Source: Candidatus Zixiibacteriota bacterium (GTDB taxonomy: Bacteria; Zixibacteria; MSB-5A5; SM23-73-2). Taken from it: a stretch of 64,000 nucleotides of DNA. The translations under genes were made by a program, and so were the position numbers. This document shows, piece by piece, positions 22,176-32,272 of the stretch. The DNA is taken from NCBI GenBank assembly GCA_030615745.1, contig JAUWYR010000002.1, forward strand, positions 15,522-79,521, read 5' to 3'. Numbering within the stretch: the first letter of the stretch is position 1; each line of letters starts with the position of its first letter. The notes beneath the pieces are model-generated. The model saw only the letters and a program-made list of their open reading frames with translations, did no database searches and had not been told where the DNA came from.

Positions 22176-23594
22176 ATGCAAGAGAACCAAATGAAAAAAA
22201 ATTTCAAGTCGACATCTCTGGATGAAGATACTATTGCTGCTATCTCCACACCACTGGGAGAAGGTGGATTAGGTGTTGTCAGGATCAGCGGCAGGGAGGC
22301 TTTCGTGATAGCTGATAAGATATTCAGGGGTAAAGTTAAGCCCTCAAAGGCACCCTCCCACACAGTTCACTATGGTAAGGTGGTTGTTCTGAATACAGAT
22401 GAGGAGATAGATGAGGTTTTGTTAACTGTTATGCATCCGCCTAAAACTTATACTAAAGAACCTTTGGTGGAGATAAGCTCTCATGGAAGTTCTTTTATCT
22501 TGTATAAGATTTTAAATCAGGCAAAAGAGGCTGGAGCAAGATTGGCCAATCCGGGAGAGTTCACCTTAAGAGCCTTTTTAAATGGGAGAATTGACTTAGC
22601 TCAGGCTGAGGCAGTGGCTGAGTTGATAAAAGCTAAGACTGATTTGAGTCTGAAAGTTGCTCTTTCACATCTCAAAGGAGAGCTATCTTTTAAACTCAAT
22701 TCATTTCGAGAAAATCTGATTGAGATCTTAGCTAACTTAGAAGTTCAGATCGACTTTCCTGAGGAGGATTTAGAGCCAAAGGATAAAGAATATATCTTAA
22801 AAGAGTTAGATAATATCAAAGGTGGTATCGATAAGTTATTGGATACATACGATGAAGGCAAGATTCTAAAGGATGGATTAAGGGTAGTGATAGTTGGAAA
22901 GCCGAATGTTGGTAAGTCCAGCCTTTTGAATGCTTTATTAAAGGAGGAAAGGGCAATTGTAACACCAGTTCCAGGAACAACAAGGGATGTGATATCAGAA
23001 GATGCTAATTTCAAAGGTGTTCCAGTAAGACTTTTTGATACAGCTGGTTTTAGAGTATCTAAAGATACAATTGAGGCAGAAGGGATAAAAAGGACAAAGC
23101 TTGAGATAGGAAAAGCAGATATGATCTTGTGGGTAGTGGATGCTTCCAGTGGTCTTGATAAAGATGAGCTCGAATTGGAAAAGCAGATCGAAAGTTTCAA
23201 GCATGTGGTGGTATTAAATAAGATAGATTTAGGCTCTGAGGATTCGATTTCAAAGCTTTTGGATAGATTTGAAAATAAAATCTACAAAGAAATATGCGCG
23301 ATAAAAAGAGAGGGAATTGAAGATTTGATTGACGCAGTTGCAAAAGAAGCCATAACTTTTGATAGGGATGCAAATGGCGATGTGGTCTTATCCAATTTTC
23401 GTCACAAAGATGCTTTGCTAAGGTCAAAGGAGGGCTTATCAAAGGCAAAAAAATCTTTAACTGAAAAGTTAAGCCTTGAGTTTATTGCCTTAGATTTAAG
23501 AATAGCCTTAGATGCCATAGGTGAGATAATAGGAAAAACAGTAACAGAGGATATTTTGAATAAGATATTCTCAGATTTCTGCGTTGGGAAATAG
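22176..23594 (+). CDS. mnmE: tRNA modification GTPase MnmE (likely start 22191)
   Basis: GKPNVGKS, GTTRD, DTAG, NKID and C-terminal FCVGK. Confidence 0.97.
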   Translation: MQENQMKKNFKSTSLDEDTIAAISTPLGEGGLGVVRISGREAFVIADKIFRGKVKPSKAPSHTVHYGKVVVLNTDEEIDEVLLTVMHPPKTYTKEPLVEISSHGSSFILYKILNQAKEAGARLANPGEFTLRAFLNGRIDLAQAEAVAELIKAKTDLSLKVALSHLKGELSFKLNSFRENLIEILANLEVQIDFPEEDLEPKDKEYILKELDNIKGGIDKLLDTYDEGKILKDGLRVVIVGKPNVGKSSLLNALLKEERAIVTPVPGTTRDVISEDANFKGVPVRLFDTAGFRVSKDTIEAEGIKRTKLEIGKADMILWVVDASSGLDKDELELEKQIESFKHVVVLNKIDLGSEDSISKLLDRFENKIYKEICAIKREGIEDLIDAVAKEAITFDRDANGDVVLSNFRHKDALLRSKEGLSKAKKSLTEKLSLEFIALDLRIALDAIGEIIGKTVTEDILNKIFSDFCVGK

Positions 23595-23639
23595 AAGGGA
23601 ATTACAGCGTTCAAATTTATCCAATAAGATGAAAAAGTT

Positions 23640-26003
23640 ATGTTAAAAAAGATTGATCTCTTTATTTGCCTGATTATCTTTTTGCTTTTAAAATTTAACT
23701 TATGTTTTTCTCAAAATAATGTAATTGAGGATGGATTAAAACTATACGAAAAGCTTAAAGGTCTGAGTTTAGATGATTCGAAAATAGCAGAAGTAGTTGA
23801 TTTATCTATTAAAAAAGATGTTGCTACTTTTAATTTAAATAGAGGGAAGATATATTTTTTAAAGCCTTTTTTGGAGAAAATCACAGGTTTTGTTTTCATC
23901 GGAGAGGGGACATTTGAGTTTACCCCGCCTACTGAGATCGAGAAATATCAATTGGAAAGGTTTACCAAAACAAGAAAGTTGAATCTGAAGTTTACCCAAG
24001 CTTATTTCAGATTTACAGACAACACCGTAGAGGAATTCGAAGGCAAATTACGATTAGCCTCAGGAGAGATTGAAAGTAGAGCAAAAAAGATTTTAAAGGA
24101 TGGGCAAAAAAGGGCTTTGAGGAAATTAAAAGAGAATTTGAATGTTAGGATTTTAAAAGACCTTTGTGAAGAATCTTCAAATGGATTTTTCTACTGTGAT
24201 ATTTTTCCTAAAGATGAAAGTAGGGTGTTTTTCAGCTATTACCCAGATGAGTTTGAGGAAGTATTATTGAAAAGAGAGAGTCCGGGTGAAATAAGCCAGA
24301 CAGATGTTGTTTGTTCATTTCATAAAAAATCCGAAGGACTCTTCGAGAAGGATTATGAGAAAAGATTCCCAACAGATGAAACGGATGAAACAGATGATAA
24401 GGATGAAATAAGGATTGAAAATTATAAGATGGATGTTAAGATAAAGGCTTCAGGTGAACTGGAAGCAGAGGTGGAGATAGCTCTTATCCCTCTTTTAGAT
24501 GGGATTAGGGTTTTGAAATTCTATTTAAGTGATAAACTTAAAGTAAAAGAGGTAAAGGACGAAAATGGAGATTCTTTGGGTTTTATTCGTGAGAAAAATC
24601 TTTACGACCTTTTTGTGATTTTACAAAAGCCTTTGGAAAAAGAAAAAAAACTTAAGCTTTTCTTTAAATATTCAGGAGATGTCTTGGACCAGAACTGGTA
24701 TGGGGATTATTATATAAAATCGACGACTTACTGGTATCCGAGGTATGGGTATTTTACCAGGTCAAGTTATGATTTAACTTTCCGAACGCCCGAACAGTAT
24801 AAGTTCGTCTCCATTGGAAAGAAGAAAAAAGAGAAAAAAGAGGGTGAGTATCTTATAACTTCATGGAAAGAGGATTTTCCAGTATCAGTTGCATCTTTTA
24901 ACATGGGTAACTTCGATATATACGAGATGAAACATAAGGGTTTGCCAGATGTGAAAGTCTTTTATGTAGAGGAAAGCCACAGGAGATTTACTCAGGATTT
25001 TAACAGATATCTGGCTAAGTATGATCTTTCAGCTGACATAATGACACGTGGCGCTCATATGAAGGAGAATATCGGTGCGGATGTTACAAACAGTATAAAT
25101 TTCTTTCAAAAAACATATGGAAAGCTCCCCTTTTCCAAGATCGCGGCAACTGAGATCCCGGCATCTTATGGTCAGGGCTTTCCGGGTCTTTTACATCTTT
25201 CCTGGGGAAGTTTTCAAAAGGAGGAGGAGTTCAAGCTTGAAGCATTCAGAGCACACGAGGTCTCCCATCAGTGGTGGGGTCATATAGTTGGCTGGAAAAC
25301 ATATCATGACCTCTGGTTATGCGAAGGTTTTGCTGAGTATTCTGGTTTATGGTTTGCCCAGCTTTCAACCAAGGATAACAAAAAATTTTTCACGGAGCTC
25401 GAATCTTTTAGAAAGGATATTTTAGGAAAAGGGAATCCTTACTCAGATGGTTCAAAAGCAGGTCCTTTGTGGCTCGGATACCGGCTCGATTCCTCAAAAT
25501 CAAAAGACTACGTAACCTTGGTATATGAGAAAGGTGCTTATATTTTGCATATGTTGAGGAATATGATGATCGATTTTTCAAATTTCAGCGATGATAAATT
25601 CAAAGACATGATGAAGGATTTTGTTAAAACCTATTATGGTAAAGATGCGAGCACCGGGGATTTCAAAAAGATAGTTGATAAACATACAGGCGAGGATATG
25701 TCCTGGTTTTTCGACCAGTGGGTTTACGGCACTGAGATTCCAAAATACACTTATTCATATTCAATAGACAATGTTGATAATAAATTTCAAGTTACCATCA
25801 GGGTTAAGCAAAAGAATGTTTCACCCAACTTCAAGATGCCGGTTCCTATTGTAGTTGTTTTTAAAGATGAATCATATTCTATATTCAGGATAATGGTTGA
25901 CAAGCCAAAAGATGAGATTAAATTACCTTTGGTGGAAAAAGAGGTAAAAGAGGTTGTTTTCAATCCTTTTCATTCGGTTTTGTGTGAGGTGGAAAAAGAG
26001 TAG
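23640..26003 (+). CDS. Secreted M1 family zinc aminopeptidase
   Basis: Signal peptide; HEVSHQWWG..WLCEGFAEY and YEKG motifs. Confidence 0.88.
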   Translation: MLKKIDLFICLIIFLLLKFNLCFSQNNVIEDGLKLYEKLKGLSLDDSKIAEVVDLSIKKDVATFNLNRGKIYFLKPFLEKITGFVFIGEGTFEFTPPTEIEKYQLERFTKTRKLNLKFTQAYFRFTDNTVEEFEGKLRLASGEIESRAKKILKDGQKRALRKLKENLNVRILKDLCEESSNGFFYCDIFPKDESRVFFSYYPDEFEEVLLKRESPGEISQTDVVCSFHKKSEGLFEKDYEKRFPTDETDETDDKDEIRIENYKMDVKIKASGELEAEVEIALIPLLDGIRVLKFYLSDKLKVKEVKDENGDSLGFIREKNLYDLFVILQKPLEKEKKLKLFFKYSGDVLDQNWYGDYYIKSTTYWYPRYGYFTRSSYDLTFRTPEQYKFVSIGKKKKEKKEGEYLITSWKEDFPVSVASFNMGNFDIYEMKHKGLPDVKVFYVEESHRRFTQDFNRYLAKYDLSADIMTRGAHMKENIGADVTNSINFFQKTYGKLPFSKIAATEIPASYGQGFPGLLHLSWGSFQKEEEFKLEAFRAHEVSHQWWGHIVGWKTYHDLWLCEGFAEYSGLWFAQLSTKDNKKFFTELESFRKDILGKGNPYSDGSKAGPLWLGYRLDSSKSKDYVTLVYEKGAYILHMLRNMMIDFSNFSDDKFKDMMKDFVKTYYGKDASTGDFKKIVDKHTGEDMSWFFDQWVYGTEIPKYTYSYSIDNVDNKFQVTIRVKQKNVSPNFKMPVPIVVVFKDESYSIFRIMVDKPKDEIKLPLVEKEVKEVVFNPFHSVLCEVEKE

Positions 26004-26054
26004 GTCAAAAACTTCTTATGTTAGTCAAGGGTGCTCTCACACTTGACCATATGA

Positions 26055-26212
26055 GGATCGGGGTAAGGTACCCCGATCCAACAAGAATGGACAGATAAGT
26101 CTTTAAAGTTGGTTCGGGAATTGCCTGTCCGGCCAGGAAATTCCCGAACCTAAGATTCCTGCGGGAAATCCCCCGCCTTTGGCGGGGTCTTGACGACAAT
26201 TCCCGCAGAAAC
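26055..26212. repeat. Cluster of nested REP-like palindromes
   Basis: GGATCGGGGTA..TACCCCGATCC; GGTTCGGGAATT[15-nt element 26123-26137]AAATTCCCGAACC; CTGCGGGAA..[CCCCGCCTTTGGCGGGG]..TTCCCGCAG. Confidence 0.8.
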
Positions 26213-26265
26213 AAAACAAATTGTTTTAGGATTTCGTAGAGCATATTAAAACTCGCTAAGAAGTA

Positions 26266-28128
26266 ATGATCACCTACGAGGAAAAATTTGACATAATAGT
26301 TGTTGGAGCTGGGCATGCAGGGTGTGAGGCGGCTTTGGCTTGTGCGCGGATGGGGTGCAAGACTTTGCTTTTGACCTCGAATAAGGAGACCATTGCCCAG
26401 ATGTCCTGCAATCCTGCTGTTGGTGGACTGGCTAAGGGTCAGCTGGTTAAGGAGATCGATGCACTAGGCGGAGAGATGGGTTTTATAACTGATAAAGCAG
26501 GAATACAGTTCAAGACTTTGAATAAGAAAAAAGGACCTGCTGTTTGGTCTTCTCGGGCTCAATGTGATAGAGTCTTATATAGAGTTTATATGAGAGAATC
26601 CTTAGAAAATCAGAAAAATTTATGGCTTAAACAGGCGATAGTCACAGAGGTTCTTATTGATAATGGAAAGGCAAAAGGGATTTTGACAAATATAAATAGT
26701 GCTTATTTATCCGATGTTGTCATTTTGGTTTGCGGGACTTTTTTAAATGGATTGATTCATATAGGCTTAGAAAACTTCCCCGCCGGAAGGGCAGGTGAGT
26801 TTCCTTCTTTGACCTTATCAGATAAGCTTAAAGAATATGGATTTGAAGTAGGAAGATTAAAAACAGGAACACCTCCGAGATTAGATGGAAAAACAATAGA
26901 TTTTTCCAAAACAATTCCTCAATATGGTGATGAAAATCCTAAGCCCTTTTCTCTAAAAACAAAAAAACTGCCAGAAAGGCATTATCTATGCCATTTGACA
27001 CATACAAATGGAGAGACTCATAAGATAATATTAGCAAATTTGGACAGGTCACCACTATATAGTGGAGTAATAAAAGGAATTGGCCCAAGATATTGCCCTT
27101 CCATCGAGGATAAGGTTGTAAAATTCAGGGGAAAACCAAGACATCAGCTATTCTTAGAACCTGAAGGTGAAAATACAACAGAATATTATGTCAATGGTTT
27201 TGCAACATCTTTATCTGAAGATGTTCAATTAAAAGCGATAAGAACAGTTTCCGGTTTGGAAAAAGTTGAGATGACACGTCCAGGATACGCAATAGAATAC
27301 GATTTTTTCCCTCCCACTCAATTGAATCCAACACTGGAGACGAAATTGGTTGAAAACCTCTTCTTTGCCGGTCAGATAAATGGAACCTCGGGTTACGAGG
27401 AAGCAGGTGCTCAGGGGATAATGGCTGGAATAAATGCGGTCTTGAAATTGAGAAAAAAACCACCTTTTGTTTTAAAGAGGTGCGAAGCTTATATCGGGGT
27501 TTTAATCGATGATCTGGTCACAAAAGGGACAAAAGAGCCATATCGTATGTTCACCTCCAGAGCAGAGCATAGATTGGTCTTAAGAGAGGATAATGCAGAT
27601 CAGAGATTGCTCGAATACGGCTATAAGTTCGGTTTGGTCTCAGAAAAGATATACCTTGAGTTCAAAAAGAGGAAGGGAATAATAGAAAATGAGAAGAAGA
27701 GATTAAAAAAGGTGAAAGTCTCGGTTTCTGTGTTTGGTAAGTTAACAGAGGATATGGAAAATCACAAAAGGGTTTCTTTAGCCTATGCTTTGAAAATCCC
27801 GGATATAACTTACAAAGACCTTGCTAAAATTGATAAGGATTCAAAAGAGGTTCCTCAAAGGATTGCTGAGCAGGTTGAGTTAGAAATAAAGTATGAGGGA
27901 TATATCAAAAGGCAAAACCAGGAGATTGAGAAGTTCAAGCGATTAGAATCGATGCTCATACCCCCGGATTTCAAGTATGATGAACTTACCGGTTTCAAGC
28001 ATGAAGCAAAAGAAAAGCTCAAAGATGTTAATCCGATCTCAGTTGGTCAAGCATCCAGGATTTCCGGTGTTTCACCAGGCGATATTGCGGTTTTGATGGT
28101 TCATTTAAAGAAGTTTTTATCGAAATGA
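26266..28128 (+). CDS. mnmG: tRNA uridine modification enzyme MnmG (GidA)
   Basis: GAGHAGCEAA, SCNPAVGG, GPRYCPSIEDK and GQINGTSGYEEA motifs. Confidence 0.98.
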   Translation: MITYEEKFDIIVVGAGHAGCEAALACARMGCKTLLLTSNKETIAQMSCNPAVGGLAKGQLVKEIDALGGEMGFITDKAGIQFKTLNKKKGPAVWSSRAQCDRVLYRVYMRESLENQKNLWLKQAIVTEVLIDNGKAKGILTNINSAYLSDVVILVCGTFLNGLIHIGLENFPAGRAGEFPSLTLSDKLKEYGFEVGRLKTGTPPRLDGKTIDFSKTIPQYGDENPKPFSLKTKKLPERHYLCHLTHTNGETHKIILANLDRSPLYSGVIKGIGPRYCPSIEDKVVKFRGKPRHQLFLEPEGENTTEYYVNGFATSLSEDVQLKAIRTVSGLEKVEMTRPGYAIEYDFFPPTQLNPTLETKLVENLFFAGQINGTSGYEEAGAQGIMAGINAVLKLRKKPPFVLKRCEAYIGVLIDDLVTKGTKEPYRMFTSRAEHRLVLREDNADQRLLEYGYKFGLVSEKIYLEFKKRKGIIENEKKRLKKVKVSVSVFGKLTEDMENHKRVSLAYALKIPDITYKDLAKIDKDSKEVPQRIAEQVELEIKYEGYIKRQNQEIEKFKRLESMLIPPDFKYDELTGFKHEAKEKLKDVNPISVGQASRISGVSPGDIAVLMVHLKKFLSK

Positions 28129-28164
28129 GAGTTGATTCAATGTTAATCGATTTGTTACCCTATT

Positions 28165-28450
28165 TGTCATTGCGAGCGTTAGCGAAGCAATCTCATCAAA
28201 CTCAAAAGATTGCTTCGGGACTTTCGCCCCCCGCAATGACAGGCTAAAATATGCGGAAGCATCAAGAGATAATGTTATTTTGGAAACATTTCACCAGAGC
28301 CATAAAGGATCCCTGGTCGGGCAGGCAATGTGGGTTAAATAAGCCCCACCTTATGGGCAAGGTGGGGATACGATGATATTTTGCGTAGCGGAGGGTTTAT
28401 CCCTCCGATGCAGAGCCATAAAGGCTCCCTGGCCGGACAGGCTGCTACGC
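28165..28450. repeat. Repeat cluster: RPE-like element (28165-28241), CAAGAG insertion (28251-28270), two 15-nt elements (28312-28326, 28428-28442) and GTAG-type REPs
   Basis: GTCATTGCGAG..GAAGCAATCT..AGATTGCTTC..CGCAATGAC; GTAGCGGAGGG-TTTAT-CCCTCCG. Confidence 0.8.
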
Positions 28451-28470
28451 GATTAATTAGATTAGCTTAA

Positions 28471-29154
28471 TTGTTTCACGTGAAACAAACTTATCTCTTG
28501 ATGGGTACCCATCTCAAAAAATTTCAAAAAGCCTGTAAATCTCTTGAAATAGAGCTGACCGAGGAGCATTTAGATAAATTCAAACTATATTCAAAAGAAC
28601 TTGCAAAGTGGAATGAAAAAATTAATCTTATCTCAAGAAAATCTGATACACCAAAAGATATTTATAGACATTTCCTCGATTCCCTTTTAATACTCAATGC
28701 TATAAAGATTCCTTTTCAAACGAATTTATTAGATTTAGGCTCAGGAGCAGGCTTTCCAGGCCTCCCTTTAAAAATCTTAAGAAAAGATATATTTTTGATC
28801 CTCTTAGAATCAAAAAGGAAAAAGGCTTTTTTTCTCGAACATATAGTTGACATCTTAAACCTAAAAAATACAAATGTGATAAACCAGAGAGCAGAAGAGT
28901 TGAGCTTAAATTCAGATTATATTGAAAAATATGATTTGACAACAGCAAGATTATTAGGGAAATTAGATAAGATAACCAAAATTGCTCACTCTTTTTTAAA
29001 AGTCGGAGGACTTTTAGTCTGCTATAAAGGAAAATCAGTTGAAGAGGAGTTAAAAAAACTCTCAAAAGACTTTGAGCTTGAAAAGAAATTCCTTTACGAA
29101 AACTCTGTGTTTGGCTTGCAAAGAAATTTGATTATTTTAAAAAAAATCAAATAA
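28471..29154 (+). CDS. rsmG: 16S rRNA m7G527 methyltransferase (start 28471 or 28501)
   Basis: RHFLDSL and DLGSGAGFPG motifs; synteny. Confidence 0.95.
   Translation: MFHVKQTYLLMGTHLKKFQKACKSLEIELTEEHLDKFKLYSKELAKWNEKINLISRKSDTPKDIYRHFLDSLLILNAIKIPFQTNLLDLGSGAGFPGLPLKILRKDIFLILLESKRKKAFFLEHIVDILNLKNTNVINQRAEELSLNSDYIEKYDLTTARLLGKLDKITKIAHSFLKVGGLLVCYKGKSVEEELKKLSKDFELEKKFLYENSVFGLQRNLIILKKIK
28472..28487. promoter_or_regulatory. parS centromere-like site
   Basis: Perfect TGTTTCACGTGAAACA about 0.7 kb upstream of parAB. Confidence 0.95.
28493..28512 (-). repeat. CAAGAG micro-insertion ATGGGTACCCATCAAGAGAT at the rsmG 5' end
   Basis: Same AT-hairpin-AT-CAAGAG-AT architecture in reverse orientation. 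Confidence 0.8.
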
Positions 29155-29217
29155 ACTTCTTGCTTTTTCAAAAAAAATATTTTATAAAAATGAAAACTTA
29201 TAAAGCGAGAGGAAATT

Positions 29218-29994
29218 TTGGCGAAGGTTATTGCTATTGCCAATCAGAAAGGGGGAATGGGAAAGACCACAACAGCGGTAAACCTCTCAGCCTGCTTTGC
29301 CATTTCGGAGAAAAAAACCCTTTTGGTGGATTGTGACCCTCAGGCTAATGCAACAAGTGGATTGGGGATTGATAAAAACAATCTGAGAATCTCTGTCTAC
29401 GATGTCCTGATAGAAAAGCTACCAGCACAAGATGCTATATTGAAAACAGAGCTCCCACTTTTGGAGATTTTACCCTCCAATATCAATTTAGTTGGAGCAG
29501 AGATTGAGCTGGTGAATGTTACGGGTAGGGAAAAAAGATTGAGATCCAAACTTGAGCCTTTGAAAAATCTTTATGATTTTATCTTATTAGATACTCCTCC
29601 CTCTTTAGGTCTTTTAACCATAAATACCTTAACTTCTGCTGATTCCGTTTTAATCCCTATCCAGTGCGAATATTATGCATTGGAAGGTTTGGGTCAACTT
29701 CTGAATACAATATCTCTGGTTAAAAAAAATTTAAATTCTAACCTCGAAATCGAGGGTGTCCTTTTAACTATGTATGACTTAAGGCTCAATTTATCAAAGC
29801 AGGTTGCAGAAGAGGCGAAAAAGTATTTTGGAGATAAAATTTTTAATACGGTTATTAAAAGGAATGTCAGATTATCAGAGGCTCCGAGTTTTGGCAAGCC
29901 TATTATATTATATGACATCCAATCAACCGGAGCTTTTAACTATATAAAATTAGCAAAGGAGATCTTAGACCATGACCAGGCAAGCATTGGGTAG
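29218..29994 (+). CDS. parA: Chromosome partition ATPase ParA/Soj
   Basis: [15 protein letters not shown] and QCEYYALEG motifs. Confidence 0.97.
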   Translation: MAKVIAIANQKGGMGKTTTAVNLSACFAISEKKTLLVDCDPQANATSGLGIDKNNLRISVYDVLIEKLPAQDAILKTELPLLEILPSNINLVGAEIELVNVTGREKRLRSKLEPLKNLYDFILLDTPPSLGLLTINTLTSADSVLIPIQCEYYALEGLGQLLNTISLVKKNLNSNLEIEGVLLTMYDLRLNLSKQVAEEAKKYFGDKIFNTVIKRNVRLSEAPSFGKPIILYDIQSTGAFNYIKLAKEILDHDQASIG

Positions 29995-30817
29995 AGGGAT
30001 CGAGGCTTTAATACCCAAGGAATCAGATTTTTTAAAAAAGAAAGATTTGATAGAAATAGAGGTTGAAAAGATAAAGCCAAATCCCTATCAGCCAAGAGAA
30101 AGTTTTGATGAAAAAAGGCTTTCAGGGTTAGCTGAGTCTATAAAGGAAAAGGGTATGATTCAGCCGGTGGTTGTGAGGAAAAAACAAGATGGGTTTGAAA
30201 TTGTTGCTGGGGAGAGGAGACTTCGCGCTGCAAAGTCGATCGGGCTAAAATTGATCCCAGCTATAATAATGGAAGGACTTTCAAAGCAGTCGATGCTTGA
30301 ATTGACCCTGGTGGAGAATGTTCAAAGAGAGGATTTAAATCCAATTGAGGAGGCAAAAGGATATAAAAGACTTCTTGAGGAGTGTGGATTAACCCAAAAA
30401 GAGCTATCTAAAAGGGTTGGAAAAGACCGCTCATCAATTGCTAACACCTTGAGACTGTTAAACTTACCTGAGGAAGTGCAAAACCTAATTTTATCTGATA
30501 TAATTTCAGAAGGTCATGCAAGAGCCATTTTGGCATTATCTACGCCAAAAGAGCAGATAAATTTAGCGAAAATAATCAAAGAATTATCCCTTTCTGTAAG
30601 AGAGACCGAAGAATTGGTTTATAGGAAAAAGAAAAAAATCTCCCCAAAAAATAAAAGACCAAAACTTTCTTCTGAGCTAAAAGATTTAGAAGAAAGATTG
30701 ATAAAATTTTTTGGCACAAAGGTTAAAATCGTAAAAGGAAAAAAAAGGGGCAAAATTGAAATAGAGTTCTTTTCAGAAAAAGAGTTAGAGCGGATTTTAG
30801 AGCTTTTGAATATTTAG
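29972..30817 (+). CDS. parB: Chromosome partition protein ParB
   Basis: [16 protein letters not shown] and ENVQREDL motifs. Confidence 0.97.
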   Translation: MTRQALGRGIEALIPKESDFLKKKDLIEIEVEKIKPNPYQPRESFDEKRLSGLAESIKEKGMIQPVVVRKKQDGFEIVAGERRLRAAKSIGLKLIPAIIMEGLSKQSMLELTLVENVQREDLNPIEEAKGYKRLLEECGLTQKELSKRVGKDRSSIANTLRLLNLPEEVQNLILSDIISEGHARAILALSTPKEQINLAKIIKELSLSVRETEELVYRKKKKISPKNKRPKLSSELKDLEERLIKFFGTKVKIVKGKKRGKIEIEFFSEKELERILELLNI

Positions 30818-30837
30818 GTAGAGAAAGGATTTTAGAT

Positions 30838-31719
30838 TTGTCAGTTGCAAAAATCAAAAACATCTTTAAAAAGCTAAAGGAGGGAAAATACTTACACATA
30901 ATGCTTTTGCCCGATGGTAAAAAGGGTCTAAGGTTCAAAATATCTTTGAAATTAGCCTATTTTTTAGCCTTTTTAATCGGTTTATTCCTAATATTTGTGA
31001 TGGTTCTGGTGATATCTTATGGAAAGGTTTTTTATAAAGCCCTTCAGGCAAAATCATTAGCTTTGGAGAACAGACGCCTTTCCGAATATAACGCTAAAGT
31101 GACAGAGCTTGAAAAACAGTTAAAAGCTTACAGAAGTTTTATCCAAAAAATTGGAAAGTTAGCCGGGGTAGAATATCCAACAAAAAATGAGCCAAACATA
31201 GATTATAAAAAGGATTTCTACACAATGTTGGAGGAGGCAAGTTCTGATAGTAAAAGTTTTAATAAGTTTGACTTTTTTGGTCGATTGCGAAAGTCATATA
31301 TTAACCCTTTTTTTGAGGATTTCATACCGAGAGGTTTCCCAGTGGGGGGTTGGATAACAAAGGGTTTTGTGGAAAAAAAAGAGAAGTTGGGTGTGGAACA
31401 CCCTGGAGTGGATATAGCATGTAAGGAGGGAACAGAGGTGAAAGCGACTGCTTGGGGGTGGGTAAAATTTGCTGGCTGGGACCCGGAATACGGGAATCTT
31501 TTAATCTTAGAACATCGAGAAGGTTATTCAACATTTTATGGTCATAACAAAAAGCTAAAAGTTTTAGAGGGTGAATTTGTTGAGAGGGAAAAAGTGATTG
31601 CCCTATCAGGGAACACCGGAAGGAGTTCTGCTCCCCATCTTCATTATGAGATCAGAAAAGATGGGGTGCCAGTCGACCCAAAAAACTTTTTAACTATAGA
31701 GGAAAAAGATGAAAAATAA
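30838..31719 (+). CDS. M23 family peptidase
   Basis: HPGVD, YGH and PHLHYE motifs; N-terminal TM. Confidence 0.9.
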   Translation: MSVAKIKNIFKKLKEGKYLHIMLLPDGKKGLRFKISLKLAYFLAFLIGLFLIFVMVLVISYGKVFYKALQAKSLALENRRLSEYNAKVTELEKQLKAYRSFIQKIGKLAGVEYPTKNEPNIDYKKDFYTMLEEASSDSKSFNKFDFFGRLRKSYINPFFEDFIPRGFPVGGWITKGFVEKKEKLGVEHPGVDIACKEGTEVKATAWGWVKFAGWDPEYGNLLILEHREGYSTFYGHNKKLKVLEGEFVEREKVIALSGNTGRSSAPHLHYEIRKDGVPVDPKNFLTIEEKDEK

Positions 31720-32092
31720 AAAAGGAGAAGGAGAGTTGAACACCATTATCGGGAAAGGGACAATTTTTGAAGGAACCCTTACTGTTCAAAGTGGATTAAG
31801 GATTGATGGGACAGTCAAGGGAAAGGTTTCTGGTGCCGATACAATATCAATTGGGGAAGATGGGAAACTCGAAGCTGACCTTAATGCAAAAATAATAATT
31901 GTTGGTGGGAACGTGACAGGTAATATTTTTGCAAAGGAGAAAATTGAGCTTCAACCTAATTCCGTTGTCACTGGAGATTTGACAACTAAAAGCCTTGTTG
32001 TTGAGGAGGGTGCGATCTTTTGTGGAAAATGCAATATGAAAGAGGAAAAGTATAGTCAAAAAAAGTCCGAAGGATCTTCTGATTGTGGATAA
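31709..32092 (+). CDS. Bactofilin (polymer-forming cytoskeletal protein)
   Basis: TIIGKGTIFEG..LRIDGTVKG..GAIFCG beta-helix pattern. Confidence 0.9.
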   Translation: MKNKKGEGELNTIIGKGTIFEGTLTVQSGLRIDGTVKGKVSGADTISIGEDGKLEADLNAKIIIVGGNVTGNIFAKEKIELQPNSVVTGDLTTKSLVVEEGAIFCGKCNMKEEKYSQKKSEGSSDCG

Positions 32093-32180
32093 CTAAAAGA
32101 TTGTGTTGAAAAGATGTTAATTGTTTTATTATCAACGAGTTAGCTTAATGAATTGACCGTTTTCAGCTTAGTTATCCACA
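32084..32180. promoter_or_regulatory. DnaA-box cluster
   Basis: Perfect TGTGGATAA 32084-32092 and TTATCCACA 32172-32180, with degenerate boxes between. Confidence 0.7.
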
Positions 32181-32272
32181 AAATTTAAAGGTAACTTTTT
32201 AAGATGATTTAACTTAAACCAAGCTAAAAAAACCTTTTGATTAAGTGGTAAACAGAATCGATTGAAGTACCT

